From positions 25,358,001 to 25,422,000 of the forward strand of contig OX597830.1 of assembly GCA_951406725.2 (NCBI GenBank): a stretch of DNA of 64,000 nt, read 5' to 3'. Source of the stretch: Octopus vulgaris (lineage: Eukaryota). The notes under the pieces are model-generated. The model made no database searches and was not told the origin of the DNA. It saw only the letters and a list, made by a program, of their open reading frames with translations. Positions 39,751 through 54,264 of the stretch are shown here, one piece after another; position 1 is the first letter of the stretch, and each line of letters begins with the position of its first letter. The translations under genes were made by a program, and so were the position numbers.

Positions 39751-40689
39751 TCCACTGTTTCAAATAAAAATGATTCTTTGGACACTAGTTTTTAATACAT
39801 AAAAAATATATACTGTAACGTCACGACCGGAACGGCATTGATCATAAGTGTGCTCACTCAGAACACGTGTGAAACCAAACAATATTTTAGCCAATGAGGG
39901 AATATTTGTATGATCAGGCAAACGGGCTAGTAATAGTAGTGAAGTCTTAAATATCAGGAGGAATAACACACTTGGTCAATCTTATACAATAGAGTCGGAA
40001 ATTATTTAGCTTGCCAGTAACTGTAATTTCTTTAGATTTGTATGTTTTAAACATACACTGCAAAAATCTTTTAAAAAATTCGAAATGAAACTCAGCAAAA
40101 TAATTTATTCTTGGAAATTATATTTTTGCTAGACCGATGTTTAAAAGATTCAAATGGGAAAAGAATTTCAGAAAATAAATCCGAAAAAGTTACAGAAAGA
40201 GCGGAAAAGGGGACAAACAATTGGAAAAGTTTGAAAACTGTTTTTTTTTTTTTTGCAGAATCATAGTCTCTGTTTAGAATGTGAAGGTGGGGTGGGAGTA
40301 TAGAAAGGAAGATGTGGTGGAGATAGGAGCCAAAAAAATTTCAAATTTTGAAAACTATTTTGGTTTTTGAAGAATCGTAATTTCCAATGTTTAAAATAAA
40401 CCACAAAAAAGATAAATAAAAAATTGAAATAAAAAATAAAATTACAGTTTTTGGCGAACTAAAAATTTCCGATATTTATTGACTTAAGGTAAATAAAAAC
40501 AAAGGCTACAAAATTGTTTGCAATTCATTTTTGTATGAAACTTAATTTTCTCAGGTTATTTTAAAATAGACTAAGCGTTGGTGGAGTGGGTGGAGCTGCA
40601 GTCACGTGTCATAGTTTCTATCAAAATACTTTGCAAAAGTCAGAAATTTCAGTACATATATTTTAATTTGAAGATCGTTCTCTCCTACT

Positions 40690-40725
<36 letters not shown>

Positions 40726-42158
40726 TTGTGACTAAAACTTATAAATTCTGAACTTACAAACTCCACAGTTGGCAACATAAAAAAAAAAAAACAAAAAAAC
40801 CCAAAAATCCCCCTAAAACTATTGGTTGATTTAATAATGTTCTTTAATAAATTTAATAAATTCCGAAGGCAAAAAAATCCGTCACAGTATTCAGTTTAGT
40901 AAAGTTGTCGAATCTGTGCGTATAAACAATGACCTCAAGTAAAAAAAACAGAAAGACATTACATAAAAACAACATACGACATTCACCCATAAATTAGAAA
41001 TTATCATTTTACGTGACTACTAAGGTGAATTAAACCGTGTTAATTATCGTTTTATGATATATTTTCTACACACAAAACAGCACACAGTAGAGGTTTTGTA
41101 GAAGTTCAGAGATTCCAGACGTGTAGTGTAAATGTTACTTTATGAACCCATGAAGGGACTTTACCATTTTATAGTATATTTTATGAATAATAAAACGCCA
41201 TGCTTTAATGCCTTTGGAAGACATCTGAAAATTCCAACATATCGTTTTAATGTGGTCTCCCCGGTATTGTACCAGGGGGCGTTGCGTACGTACATGTACA
41301 ATTTTACATCAGTATTCGATTTCAGAGCAAATATATGATCAAATCACCCAAAAGATAGTTTTCATGACATATACACAAACTGTTTTCCATGTTGTTTAGC
41401 ACCAAGTCAGGCTTAATCGAGCAGATTTATCTCCAAAGACGCTCTAGCTGTGATTCACCCAGTTTTTTTTCCAAAGGTAGCTGGTTAAAACCTCATATTC
41501 TAATGTAATCTTCCATCTGCTTTTTAAAGCAGGTACAGGACTTGAATCTCGTGCAACGAATAAAGTGGCTTGTATCAAATAATGTTGAATACCCAGCTCA
41601 TTTTATATATCCGCCTCTGCTCCTTAATACATACCCCTCTCCCTATCTGATCTCGGTCCCTTTTCCCTCGTTTTTGCTAAACTCAAACTTCAATGTTTCC
41701 ACAAGTGTTATTCAGTGACTCCTTATACTTCATTGTACGCTGCTCAAATAGAAGACAAGTTTTTTTTTCTCCCAAAATCGTGCCTTGTTGCCTTACAAAA
41801 ATGCTTATTGAATGATGTGGCATTGAGGGTCATAGTTTAATCGATCAGGATTGATCTGGGGTTAAACGGTAACCTACAACTTCTAAAGCAAAGTCTAATC
41901 TCTCGCATCCCAGAGTAACTATTAATCAGTTAGATCTACAACGAATATTTGACTATTAGCGAATCTATCACGTTAATATTTTCTTAGTTTCTTCTTATTT
42001 TAGTGTACAACATGAAAAATCAATAAACTGACTTAAAGCATCAATTAAGATTACTTATCGTACAAACATTTACCCCTAGGGACATACGACATCAGATTGG
42101 GAAGCAGTTGTCATACATAAAATATAGTTATTTTGAAAAATCAATTCTAAAATATTAT

Positions 42159-42199
<41 letters not shown>

Positions 42200-43049
42200 C
42201 ATACAGACACATATCTATACCTGTATACATATACATTTGAATTGATAAATGATTATATATATATATGTGTGTGTGTGTATGTATGTATATATGAGTTTAT
42301 GAATTTATTTAAGTATATTTCCCTTAAGATATATTTCCAGATAGAAAGTTAGACACTTATAAAATATGACTATGTTATGTATATACGTGAAAGGAATATA
42401 AAAAGAACAAAAATATGATTATATATCACACGCCATGGGAACTTCTCTTTTTTTTAACACATCCCGCATAGTTTATAGTAAGTTTAAAATATTTTCTTTA
42501 TATGGTTGTATTGGGAACTCATTCTTTCTAAGTGTTTATTTCACTGTCATCGATCATCACCCCAACTAAGTTGTTGAGCATTTCCAGTGAACAAATGTCT
42601 TGATTAGACAAATTGAAATGTGTCTAATAACTGATTGAATAAATACTTTTAAGTCTTTCGTTATCTGTCCTCCAAAATTCCTGAATACTTTTTACATACT
42701 TGGATAATCTTAATTTCATCCAAATCATGGTTCTTCCATAAATACAGTTCTTTGATATTCCATGGAATATGAGAACCGCGCGTGTATTACTGTGATACAT
42801 GTCGCAACCTATCAGTAAGGCGTTTGATAATTTTTTGGGGTTAAACGCCTCTCCTCCTCATCCCTGAACCTAACAAAGCAGCACGGTCGTGTATAGAGGG
42901 GAACTATCAGACTTAGACTCCAAGGTAAACTCTTTTCACTTCTCTTCATTTTAGACCAAAAGCAGTAAGTATTCTTTTTATGCACGCGCATAAAAATATA
43001 TTGGGGACATAGCTGGGGAAAAAAAATGAAATTTTACAAATACATGTAA

Positions 43050-43260
43050 AGGCGGTAAGCTGGCAGAATCATTAGCGCATTGAATAAACCGCTTAGTAGC
43101 ATTTCTTCTGTTTTCGTGTTCTGAGTTCGAATTTCGCCCAAGTCGACTTTGCTTTTCATTTTTTCGGATTCAATAAAATAGGTACCAGTCGAACACTGGG
43201 ATCTATATAATCGACTATTCTCCTTCCCACAAATTTCAGGCCTTATGCATATTATGGAAA
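43050..43260 (+). mobile_element. SINE family B
   Basis: Head and body. Confidence 0.8.
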
Positions 43261-44199
43261 AAAATTTATAAATACATAGCTCATTAAATTTCTGCTCAAA
43301 CATCGAAGTTTAAGCAATTATTTTTATAACAGTCTTTAGGGACTTTGTCATAGAGAGGTTTCAAATTTGAATAAAAGTAAAATTTTCCTTCTTAGTAAAG
43401 AGTGGGGTTATTTTTCATTGTGACTTATTTAAATCATTAATGCCATTGGAAAAGGAATGAACACCACAATTTCCCGCTTTTTCTACCCATCGTTGTAGAG
43501 TGCCAGGCAAAGTGGCTTGCAACATATGTTTACATCCTTAAAAATTAATTATTCTCGACTTGAGAATCTGAAACAAAACTTTGGAGATAATTATTTGACA
43601 ATTCAATTCCCTTTGGTTTCTGCGCATGCGCTAAAAATATAGGTCATGCTCAAAGACATTTCAACACATCTATAACTTTCCGGCTGCAATTATCCTGTCT
43701 GTATTTAAGGAATCAGAATTTTTTTTCCAGATTTGTATCAACAAAAGCGGTCCAACCGTAACCACCCTATCCCTAAACTCTCTAAATGAAGTTGCTATTA
43801 GCTTTTGGCATCATTTTAGTTTGTAAAAGAAAAAGATATAGTTAAAACTTTGGAGTTAGTCGAAGGAGGTAATGAAACACAAAATCGAAAACGCTTTTAG
43901 TGAAAAAATAAAAGGAATTTTGAACTTAAAAATTGAAAAACAAATTTAGATTTTATCATTAAAATAACGTGTTTGTAATAACCTTAATAATTTTTTTTTA
44001 TAAATAAAGGTGTTAGATAAAAGTAATTCAGGGATGCCAGCTGATAAATCCATTTCAAATATTAGACTACTATGAAAAATAAACAAGCAGAAATCAAAGG
44101 TTATTTAAGACTAGGTTCCCAAGAGGGAATAAAATTTTTTCGATTTTCAGGCATTTTAAGATTATTTTCTATCATTAAAATAATAATTCTTTTAAAATG

Positions 44200-44915
44200 T
44201 TGGAAGGCCAACAATTTTGAGAGAAATGGGTTTAGTCAATGATCCTGAAAAGGTCAATTTGACTTCGACAGGATTTGAACTCAGAAGATAGAGCCGGAAC
44301 AAATACTGAAACGCATTTTTTCGGCATTCTAACGATTCTACCAATCTACTGAACTTTTTAATTATGATAATTAAACACTTTACCTTAAAAATACTTAGTT
44401 CTCTGTGTGAATTTGATCTCAGACATTATCGAGTAAAGCGTTGATTTGTTATTTCAAGTTACCATTAGCACACCGGGCGAACTTTTCTTGGCGGTATTTC
44501 GTCTGTTCAAATCCCGCCGACGTCGACTTTGCCTTTCATCCTTTCGGGGTCGATAAATTAAGTACCATTGCGTACTGGGGTCTATCTAATCGACTGGCTC
44601 CCTTCCTCAAAATTTCAGGCCTTGTGCCTATGGTAGAAAGGATTATTTCAAGTTATCATAGTAATTCGTCTGCGAAATCATTTTCGCTAACTATTGCTTT
44701 CTTATTTAGGCACAAAGTCAGTAATTTCGAGAAAAAAGGGCGTTGTCAATATTTTCGACCCCAGTACTTGACTGCTACTTTATTTCATCATCTCCGAAAG
44801 TACTAAAGGCAAAGTAAAGTTAGGCAAGATTTGAACCTAAAACATAAAGAGCTAGAATGAATGCTGCAAAGCAGTATTTTTCCCGATGCCCTTCCCATTC
44901 TGCCAACTCGCTGCT
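44200..44915. mobile_element. Three family B SINEs (-, +, -)
   Basis: About 44200-44350(-), 44465-44648(+), 44700-44915(-). Confidence 0.7.
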
Positions 44916-45694
44916 TGCTATTTTAAACTTTTAAATTATAAAGAGAGGAATCCTATTGATTGTCATTAAATTATCAACTAAGTACGTCTGGACCAATCTA
45001 CAAGCTATCCTTATATAGTTTTAATTAGATAGCAAAAGTTTTTTTTCAGGATACAAACTACCTCTCGAAAATTTTTGCGTTACGTTTAATGAAATAGATC
45101 TGGCAACCGCTGAGGCAAGGAATAAATTAGCTGCCGTACTCAGGATATAACACTGGCCTCAGAAAAACAACAGTAATTTTGATATAGAGGGGAACACTCT
45201 TTATCATTAACGAGCTAAGTGGTTTGTGTGTTTAGATAATGATAGATAAATACGCATTGAGATAAGCATGAAAGTTGATGTTGACACTGAGATAGATACG
45301 CAACGAAATATATAATGAGAGAGGGAGTGGGCATAAAACTAGAAAAAATTTATCGAAGTACACAAAGAGACAGACTTACATACAAATAGTCATAAAAAAA
45401 ATAAATCAGATGTTGGACATATTAAGGTCGATAAAAAACAAACTACAGTACAAAATAAGACATACGGTAAAAATATTTTCAGACAATGTGAGTGTGTTTT
45501 ATTTATGGTGTTATATTTATAACCTTCCATGGTCGCGACTAAGTCAGTACACCACATAGCTGTAGGCAGTTTTTCGGTTTATGACCACAAATTGAAATTG
45601 GAAAATTATCATGAGCATTCAACATTTAAATTTTGAAATAAATTTTTAAAAAATGCAATTTTTAAAAAAAAAAAAAAAAAAAAAAGGAATCAGA

Positions 45695-45855
45695 AGCGTG
45701 CAGGCATGGCTGTGTGGTAACAAGTTTGCTTTCCAAACACATGGTTCCGGATTCCGTACCACTTTGTGAGAATGTCTTCTACTATACTTTTGGTCCCACT
45801 AAAGCCTTGTGAGTTAATTTGGTAGACAGAAACTGAAAGAAGCGCACGTCCTGTA
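45695..45855 (+). mobile_element. SINE family A, 5' half
   Basis: Head up to the internal microsatellite. Confidence 0.8.
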
Positions 45856-46410
45856 TGTATATATATATATATATATAATGTGTATCGTATATCATACATG
45901 GATGTCAAGGAAATATGTCCTGTGTATCACTCCAATATACAGGACAGGTAAAAGTCAAACATAGAATTCAGTACAGAATTCCCGCCCCCACAAAAAAAAA
46001 ACAAACAAAAACGTAAAATACCAAGGGGTGAGATGAATTAAAAATTCCGAAATTTGAACAGCTATTTTTTTTGGGGGGGCAAAATCGTAATCTCCGTTGC
46101 TGAAAACAGAAATCCAAGGAAATAAAAAAAAAAAGAGAAAGAAAATGGTGGGAGTGCATATTTGACATGTCTTGCCGTGACATTGCAGACTTGTGTCAAT
46201 ATTTCCACTTTCAATTTGTGGTTACGAATCGAAAGAATGTTAGGAAAGAATGCAAATAATGACGGTTTGATCGTATAAAACAACCCGTGACGTTCCCGTT
46301 ATTTCAATCGGATTCACCAAATACTCTACTATTGCATTCATATTTAACATGAGCAAAAGCGTGGCTGTTTACTTCTTAAATACACCTGATGCTTAGTGAA
46401 TTAGAACGAT

Positions 46411-46581
46411 TACCGTATTTAATGGCATAAAAGATGCACTCCAATTTTAGCAGCGCATATTCTGGAAAAAAGTTTATTTAGCGTAGGTCCCCCAGCTTCG
46501 CATGAAGGACCCGGGACGAGTTTTTGAAACATTTGTTTTGGAGGGTACAAAAAAGCATCTTATACACCATCAAATACGATA
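46411..46581. mobile_element. Tc1/pogo-type MITE
   Basis: TIRs TACCGTATTTAATGGCATAAAAGATGC and GCATCTTATACACCATCAAATACGATA. Confidence 0.65.
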
Positions 46582-46599
46582 ATAACTAATCCTGTTTTT

Positions 46600-47790
46600 T
46601 ATTGGCACTAGGCCTGACATTTTGGAGGAGGTGTGATAGTCGATTACATTAATTCAAGAGTTCGACTGGTACTTATTTTATCGACTCAGAAAGGGTGAAG
46701 TCAACCTCTGCAGAATTTGAACTCAGAACTTAAAGTCGAAAGAAATGCCGCTAAGTATTTTTATCCAGCGAAGTAGCATTTTGGCCAGGTCGCCGCCTTA
46801 TAGCTACACTAATTAATAATTATTTCAAATTTTTGCAACAAGGGCAGCTTGAGGAAGGTGAGGAGGAGTCGATTATGAAGGCGGCGAGCTGGCAGAAACG
46901 TTAGCACGCCGGGCGAAATGCTTAGCGGTATTTCGTCTGCCGTTACGTTCTGAGCTCAAATTCCGCCGAGGTCGACTTTGCCTTTCAATATTTCGGGGTC
47001 GATAAATTAAGTACCAGTTACGCACTGGGGTCGATGTAATCGACTTAATCCCTTTGTCTGTCCTTGTTTGTTCCCTCTGTGTTTAGCCCCTTGTGGGTAG
47101 TAAAGAAACAGATTACATCGACTCCAGTGTTCAACTGGTACTTATTTTATCGATCCCCAAAGGATGAAAGGCAAAGTCAACCTCGGCGGAATTTGAACAA
47201 TAATTAATAATGGTATACTTCGTTCTATTCGATTTGGTTGTTGCGAGGATAAGAAACTTGCCAAAATTCCTGCTAATGATGGATTTAAATAATTATTTAA
47301 AAAGATATTAGTTTTGTTTAACCATTTACAATAAATAAATAGTCCTTACTACTTTTTGGCACAAAGTTAGCATTTTTGAGGGGAGGGGGAAGTCGGTTGG
47401 ATCGATCCCACTGCTCAACTGTTACTTATTTTATCGACCACGAAATTACGAAAGGCAAAATCGACCTCGGTAGCATTTGAACACATCGTAAAGCTGGGAA
47501 AAATGATGCTAAGCATTTTCCCCGGCGTGCTAACGAGTCGGCCAACTTGCCACTCTGTTAATTAATAACTCTTTCTAATTTTTGGTACAAGGCCAGCAAA
47601 TTTGAGCGGGGAGGGGTATGACAACAACCTCGATCCCATTGATCAACAGGTACCTATTTTATCGATCCCGAAAGAATGAAAGGTAAAAGCGACCACACCA
47701 ACATTTGAACTCAGGACGTAAAGCGTCTCAAGAAATGCTGCAAACATTCTGTTCCGCGCGGTAACGCTTCTGCCATCTCACTGCCCTAAT
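46600..47790. mobile_element. Cluster of five family B SINEs, including a young + copy (46880-47110) nested in a - copy
   Basis: Minus copies at about 46600-46800, 46825-47200, 47355-47555 and 47580-47790; GATTA on both sides of the nested copy. Confidence 0.8.
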
Positions 47791-48219
47791 CACAACAGAT
47801 AAGTAATATAATAGCACGTTCACGACATTTGACAATGAAGAATTTCACTACTCTGTGACCCCTGGAAAGGAAATAGCACTTATAAATTATTTACTTCCAA
47901 ACGGACATAGTCATTCTGGAAATACATTGTCTTTCAAGATTCTGTTTTAACCCTTACTATTCTATATGGAATTTCGAATCTATTAGACGAATATATATAC
48001 AAAGCATTCATCTATATACAAAGCATTCATCGGATAAAAGAATATGTACCCAACTGGAATACGATAGACACGAGGTTTGAGATTTGAACCTGTTCTTTCT
48101 TCACGGCAAGATTAGATAATGCTCATCAGCGTCTTATAATCATTTACACCCCACATACACAAGATTTAGAAAGAATTACAGTTTTAGATAAATTGACATA
48201 GAGATCGGCGTTGAAATAA

Positions 48220-48274
<55 letters not shown>

Positions 48275-49819
48275 TATCTATGTATTTACGTACACATAAA
48301 GATATAATTTTATACATATGTATATATATAGGTATTAAGATAGTGGCGAAGTTTCGGAATAACTATCACTACTTCATGGAGAAGGAAACGGGAGGGGATT
48401 GGATGGCTTCTCCCCAACTTCATTTTAAAGATCTTTTCCAAAGTTTTCAATTTTTAACATTGTTATCCCCCTGTTCCCTGTCCTTTTCCTTCCTCTTGAG
48501 AAAATGATAGTTCTATCTATATAAATACGCACGCACACACTATATATACATATACACACATATATATATATATAAACTCTCACGCACACATAGATACAGG
48601 ACATACATAATAATTTATACAAGCATATATTTACCAGAAGACGAAGCGGTTCCACCAACAATCTGCAGGAACAGACAGCACCACCAAAAAATGTTAAATG
48701 TTAAAAAATACCCGAACCACGGATGCAATGATTTTGACCTCGTCACAGTTCTTGGCAAAATGTTTCCAGTGCTTATTCGAAAAACTTTAATCCCAAGTGT
48801 AATTTCTAATAGGTAACAAACTCAACAGTTAACAAATTACCAAAAAAGAAACAAAGAAAAACGAGGCTAAGCAAAGAGAAGACAAAAAGATAAAGGGTAG
48901 GTAAGGAGGTGTGGAAGACGACAGGTAAAATTTGAATAAAAAAAGAACATGAAATACAAAAGAGAGAAGAACTGAAAGAGAGAGAGAAGACTTAGAAGTA
49001 GGCGGAGATGAAACAAGATTAATTATTCCCCACTCTAACAGTAGCCCTGAAATCAAGAGTATTTTCCTTGTCTTTTGTACTTTTTGTGCGTTAAATACCT
49101 TTTATAAAAGTATAAAAATGAACAACAATAACCACTACAAGCGGATTATGTGTGTGAGATATCTACACATATATACTCACATATACATACCTATGTATGC
49201 ATGTATGTATGTGTATATTTAATTTTGGCGCCTAACAATTACTTTGATTCATGACCGGTGTCATCACGTGACTGGTTGGGTGGTGAGAGACGGGGGGCGG
49301 GCGGGGGAAAGTTTAAGAAGTGGGGAGTCGGAGGCCGTAGAAATACACAAAACAACTAAAAAAACGAAAATGGCTTTTTTTTTTTCAAATATATTATTTG
49401 TTTTTGCTTACAATACTCTCCCTTCTCCCCCCCTACTTACTCGCAATCGTTCATTAAACACCCCCACTTCTCCTCCTACTCACAATCCTCTTATTTACCC
49501 CCTTCCCTCCTCTTCTCCTTTCCCAGTCCATCATCGCCTTCTTACACCGTTTCAACTCCCCGCCTATTAACTTTTCAGTGGTAGCTGGACTAAAGATAGA
49601 GGCGGTGGTGGTGGTGGTGATGGTAGTGATGGTGGTGGTGGCGGTGGTGTCAGGTAACGTGATTAGGCAGAGAAGGATGGCACGAGGTTTGACGAGGTAA
49701 AACCGTACAAGATGAGCTCACGTCTTACACCTCACCTCCTCACCTCCTACTTTTCACCCACCCCAACACCAAATTTCTAATTCGCCTCTTCTTGCTCGGC
49801 TCATTTCATACAGTCACCT

Positions 49820-49861
49820 TACACACACACACGTATATACATACATACATACATACATACA

Positions 49862-49940
<79 letters not shown>

Positions 49941-50418
49941 ATGTATATATATATATATATATATAAATATATGTACAATACAAGTATGTGTGAATAGACA
50001 AATACATCGATAGATAGATAAATAGGTAGAGAAGCGAAAGTATTTAGTGTTTTAAGTAAAGAAATATTTGGCGATCACGTGAGTAGCAAGAAAAAGACTT
50101 TGGTTTTAAGATTTGTCCATATTTCTTCATAAGACCAAATACACACACATATATACTGAATTTATTAATTAATATGCTACATTGTGATTAATTAATTTCA
50201 TTGCAAGACGTATGATATGCGTGTATATGTATGTATGTTACATAGGATTGTACTTGTGTCTACGTATGTATGTGTGCCCATATATCTATATCTACATGTA
50301 CGTACGTACGTACGTACCTACCTACCTACCTACCTACCTTCGTATGTATGTATGTATGTATGTATGTATGTATGTATGTATGTATGTATGTATGTATGTA
50401 TGTATGTATGTATGAATG

Positions 50419-50505
<87 letters not shown>

Positions 50506-50992
50506 TTGTCAATCTATGAGGGCAGCAAAAGAACCAACAACCGGGTTAAAAGCAGGAGTGGTGTTTTGAAATCTCACCACTCTGAAGAAATCAGCCAAAT
50601 AAGAAAATTGTGGAAACGATAGAAAATCACGGTGGTGCTCCAGCATGACCGCAGCCGCAAGCAGAGACACAGACACCCTCTCGGCTAGCGACACGTATTC
50701 GAACAACAAAGACCAATAATGGTGCATTCAACACCATATACCATAAATTCTTGATTTATTGAAATTATCTTCCCTTCCAAAGAAGGTAGAACAATCGCTC
50801 GGTGTTATTTGGGACCAATCACAGATGAGAAAGTGAGATAATTGCAAGAAAGAAGAATTTTTCCAAAATTGTCATCCTATTAAGGACAAGAGAGACAGAC
50901 ATGAGAATAAGAAATGTAGATGAGAATAAAATATTACATTTAAATTTAAAGATTAAAGAAATTGAATTTATGAATTGAGTAAAGGATTTTAT

Positions 50993-51067
<75 letters not shown>

Positions 51068-51179
51068 ACTCTATCTTTCTGTCTGTTTGTCTGTCTGTCT
51101 GCCTGTCTGTCTGTCTGCCTGTCTGTCTATGTATGTATGCATGCATGCACGTATGTATATATATATATGTATGTGTGTA

Positions 51180-51278
<99 letters not shown>

Positions 51279-51303
51279 GTCTATCTATCTATCTATCTGT
51301 CTG

Positions 51304-51346
<43 letters not shown>

Positions 51347-51380
51347 GTCTGTCTGTCTGTCTATCTATCTGTCTATCTAG

Positions 51381-51460
<80 letters not shown>
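49820..51460. repeat. Series of (TACA), (TA), (TATG), (TATC) and (ATCA) microsatellites
   Basis: Tracts at about 49820-49970, 50290-50505 and 50992-51460. Confidence 0.9.
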
Positions 51461-51461
<1 letters not shown>

Positions 51462-51469
51462 AAAATATA

Positions 51470-51956
51470 TACGTGGGGTGTTCCAGAAGCTTGAAATGTT
51501 TTGAGGAGGGGCAGTTATATCTGTCCTAGATTATTGTAATTTTAAAATACCATCACTACACATCTGATAAGCTGACCTGCTAACTTTTTATTACAGATTG
51601 AAGGAGAGAAATACACCCTAGTAATCACTGCTTGTCACGGCCTATTAAACATTGCTTGTTATAATTCCATCCTGATGATGAACAACTTGTCAGAGAAGGG
51701 CATCAAAACTGAATCCCACACTCCCTACAGTACACACCTTGATCCCTGTAAGTTTTGGTTGTTCCCCGAGCTAAAAGAGAACCCCCAGGGGCAGTCGTTT
51801 TGAAGATACTGAGAAAATAAAGGAGGCTGTGACAAAGATTCTTGATGCCTTCACGTTGGAGGACTTCTACGATGGCGATTAAAATTTTGTACTTCTGTGA
51901 AATCAATCACTGTCTTGCCTGAAAAAAGTCTCAAAACTTCTGGAATGTTCTTCGTA
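51470..51956 (+). mobile_element. Internally deleted mariner element
   Basis: TIRs TACGTGGGGTGTTCCAGAAG and CTTCTGGAATGTTCTTCGTA; PYSTHLDPCKFWLFPELK...RGSRFEDTEKIKEAV resembles YSPDLAP.DF.LF. Confidence 0.75.
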
Positions 51957-52494
51957 TGAATATCCTGAAACCCTGCATGGATGGTTTTAGGATATCAAAG
52001 CTAAAGGAGAAGAAGTCTCAATTTCATAGTGAAGCTTTGAAACACTTCATCGTGACTCCTTTAAAACAAATATATATATATATATATTGCATATATTACA
52101 GAGTCGACTGAGATTAGAAATCTTAATGTAAGAATCAGTGAGGAATCTGCAACCTACACTATATTACTAAAATAAGCAACAACGTAGAATGGTGACCGGT
52201 AGAGTGGATTCTGAAAGCATGAATTTATGATAGTTGTAAAAGAAAACACGTGTTCATAGCCGTATAGATTGCTGCTCCTATTTGTGACTCGATGATTGTA
52301 AAACTCACTCCAGATTTGAAGCTAAATCTTAACTGTGTAATTTCCTGGACAATTAATTGTGAAGCATCAACAAAAGATGCAGATGTGGACTGCAATGTTA
52401 TAGATTTCCGATAACCAAAAACAAGACAAAGGATGCAAATGAATTGGTAGCCTTTCTCCAGATGATTCGAATCGGTTTGAAAATTTGTCTAGAC

Positions 52495-52495
52495 A

Positions 52496-52550
<55 letters not shown>

Positions 52551-52674
52551 TATGTGTATGTATATATGTATGTATGTAAGTGTAATTTCAAGTATGTATA
52601 TATATATATATACATACATACATACATACATATATGCATACATACATACATATATACATATATATATATATGAA

Positions 52675-52714
<40 letters not shown>

Positions 52715-52719
52715 TACCT

Positions 52720-52753
<34 letters not shown>

Positions 52754-52789
52754 GAATATATATATTTGTGTATATATGTATATATACAT

Positions 52790-52844
<55 letters not shown>

Positions 52845-52939
52845 TGTATATATGCATGTGTGTGTATGTGCATGTTTGAATATGTATTTGTATTTATATA
52901 TATATATATGTGTATGTGTATAAATATATATATATATGA

Positions 52940-52973
<34 letters not shown>

Positions 52974-53067
52974 TTATATATATATATATGTGTGTGTGTG
53001 TGCATGTATATATGTATGTGTGTGTATGTGCATGTTTGAATATGTATTTGTATTTATATATATATAT

Positions 53068-53122
<55 letters not shown>

Positions 53123-53180
53123 CATGTATGCATGTATAGATATTTAGGTATGTGTGTGCATGCTTACACACACACAAACA
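52495..53180. repeat. (CA)n/(TA)n compound tract with an internal duplication of about 160 bp
   Basis: GTGCATGTTTGAATATGTATTTGTATTT occurs at about 52868 and 53028. Confidence 0.9.
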
Positions 53181-53439
53181 TGTAGGCACATGACATACTT
53201 AGATACAAATTAAATAAGGATTAGAGAAGATAAACTACTACAAAGGGCTTTACAAAAACCCTCCTTAATCTCCCCCAACCCTTAGTCTCCTGTCTCTTAC
53301 CCTATCCCCGTCCTACCCGCCATCCTTTAGTCTTCTCACCTCCTTTTCCTACCCCTCTCCTTTTATTTTCACTAAGTTCGCGAAAATATTATAAGACGCA
53401 AACCTAATCCATAGTTATGTACAGAACAATACTGATGGA

Positions 53440-54130
53440 GTGGGGGTGATGGTAGTAGTGGAGGTGGTGACGGTAGTGGTGATGGTGATGATAGTGATTG
53501 TGGTGGTGATGGTGGTGGTGATAGTGGTGGTGGTGGAGGGATAGTGGTGGTGGTGGTAGGGGCGGTGTTGGTGGCGGCGGTGGTGGTGATATTTGTGGTG
53601 GTTGCGATGATGTTGGTGACGGTGGTGATGGTGGTAGTGGTGGTGGTGGTGATGGTAGTAGTAGCAGTAATAGTAGGAATGGTTGTGATATTGGTGGCTT
53701 TTGTAGTTGTAGTAGTGGTAGCAGTGGTGCTGGTGGTGGTGATGGTAGTAGTAGTTGTAGCAGTAGTAGTAGTAGTAGTCATAGCAGCAACAGTAGTAAT
53801 GTTTGTTGTGATCATGATGGCTATTGTAGTAGTAGTAGTAGTAGTAGTAGTAGCAGTTGCAGCAGCAACAGTAGTAGCAGTAGTAATGGTAGTCGTGGTA
53901 GTAACAGTGGTGGGGGTGCTGGTAGTGGTATTGATGGTGGTGCTAATAGTAGTAGCAGCAGAGGCATCGTCATCATTATCATTATCATCACCACCACCAC
54001 CATCATCATCATCATCAATCATCATCATTATCATCATAAATCCTCATCAATCCTCATCATCATTATCATCATCACCATCAGGAGTAGTAGTAGCAGTAGT
54101 ATTAGTATTAGTAGTAGTAGTAGTAGTATT
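53440..54130. repeat. Degenerate (GTG/GTA/CAT)n trinucleotide tract
   Basis: Seen directly. Confidence 0.9.
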
Positions 54131-54264
54131 GGTGGTCGTTGCTTGTTTGTGTTTGCTCATCATGTGTTGCTAAACCTAATCTTAATCCTGATCCAGCCTC
54201 CCTGGGATCAAAGAAATAGCAGCCATACACGCACCTTCCCTTTTCATGTTATTTTACTGTTGTT

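Noticed and set aside
41165-41224. Possible 60-nt minus-strand exon (MSSKGIKAWRFIIHKIYYKM)
   Set aside because: Weak polypyrimidine tract and donor; no supporting evidence.
43621-43631. NRF1-like TGCGCATGCGC site
   Set aside because: An isolated short motif with no other promoter features nearby.
45050-45150. Possible plus-strand exon (YKLPLENFCVTFNEIDLATAEARNKLAAVLRI*)
   Set aside because: A 33-codon frame after TTTTCAG can occur by chance; no recognisable homology or partner exons.
48635-48662. IVGG as the start of a trypsin-like protease
   Set aside because: Only four residues match, and no PWQ, TAAHC or GDSGGP exons were found downstream; kept only as an anonymous exon candidate.
53372-54173. 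Thr/Pro-rich mucin-like ORF (-) and Val-rich ORF (+)
   Set aside because: Degenerate GTG/GTA triplet repeat open on both strands; no signal peptide, splice context or unique domain.
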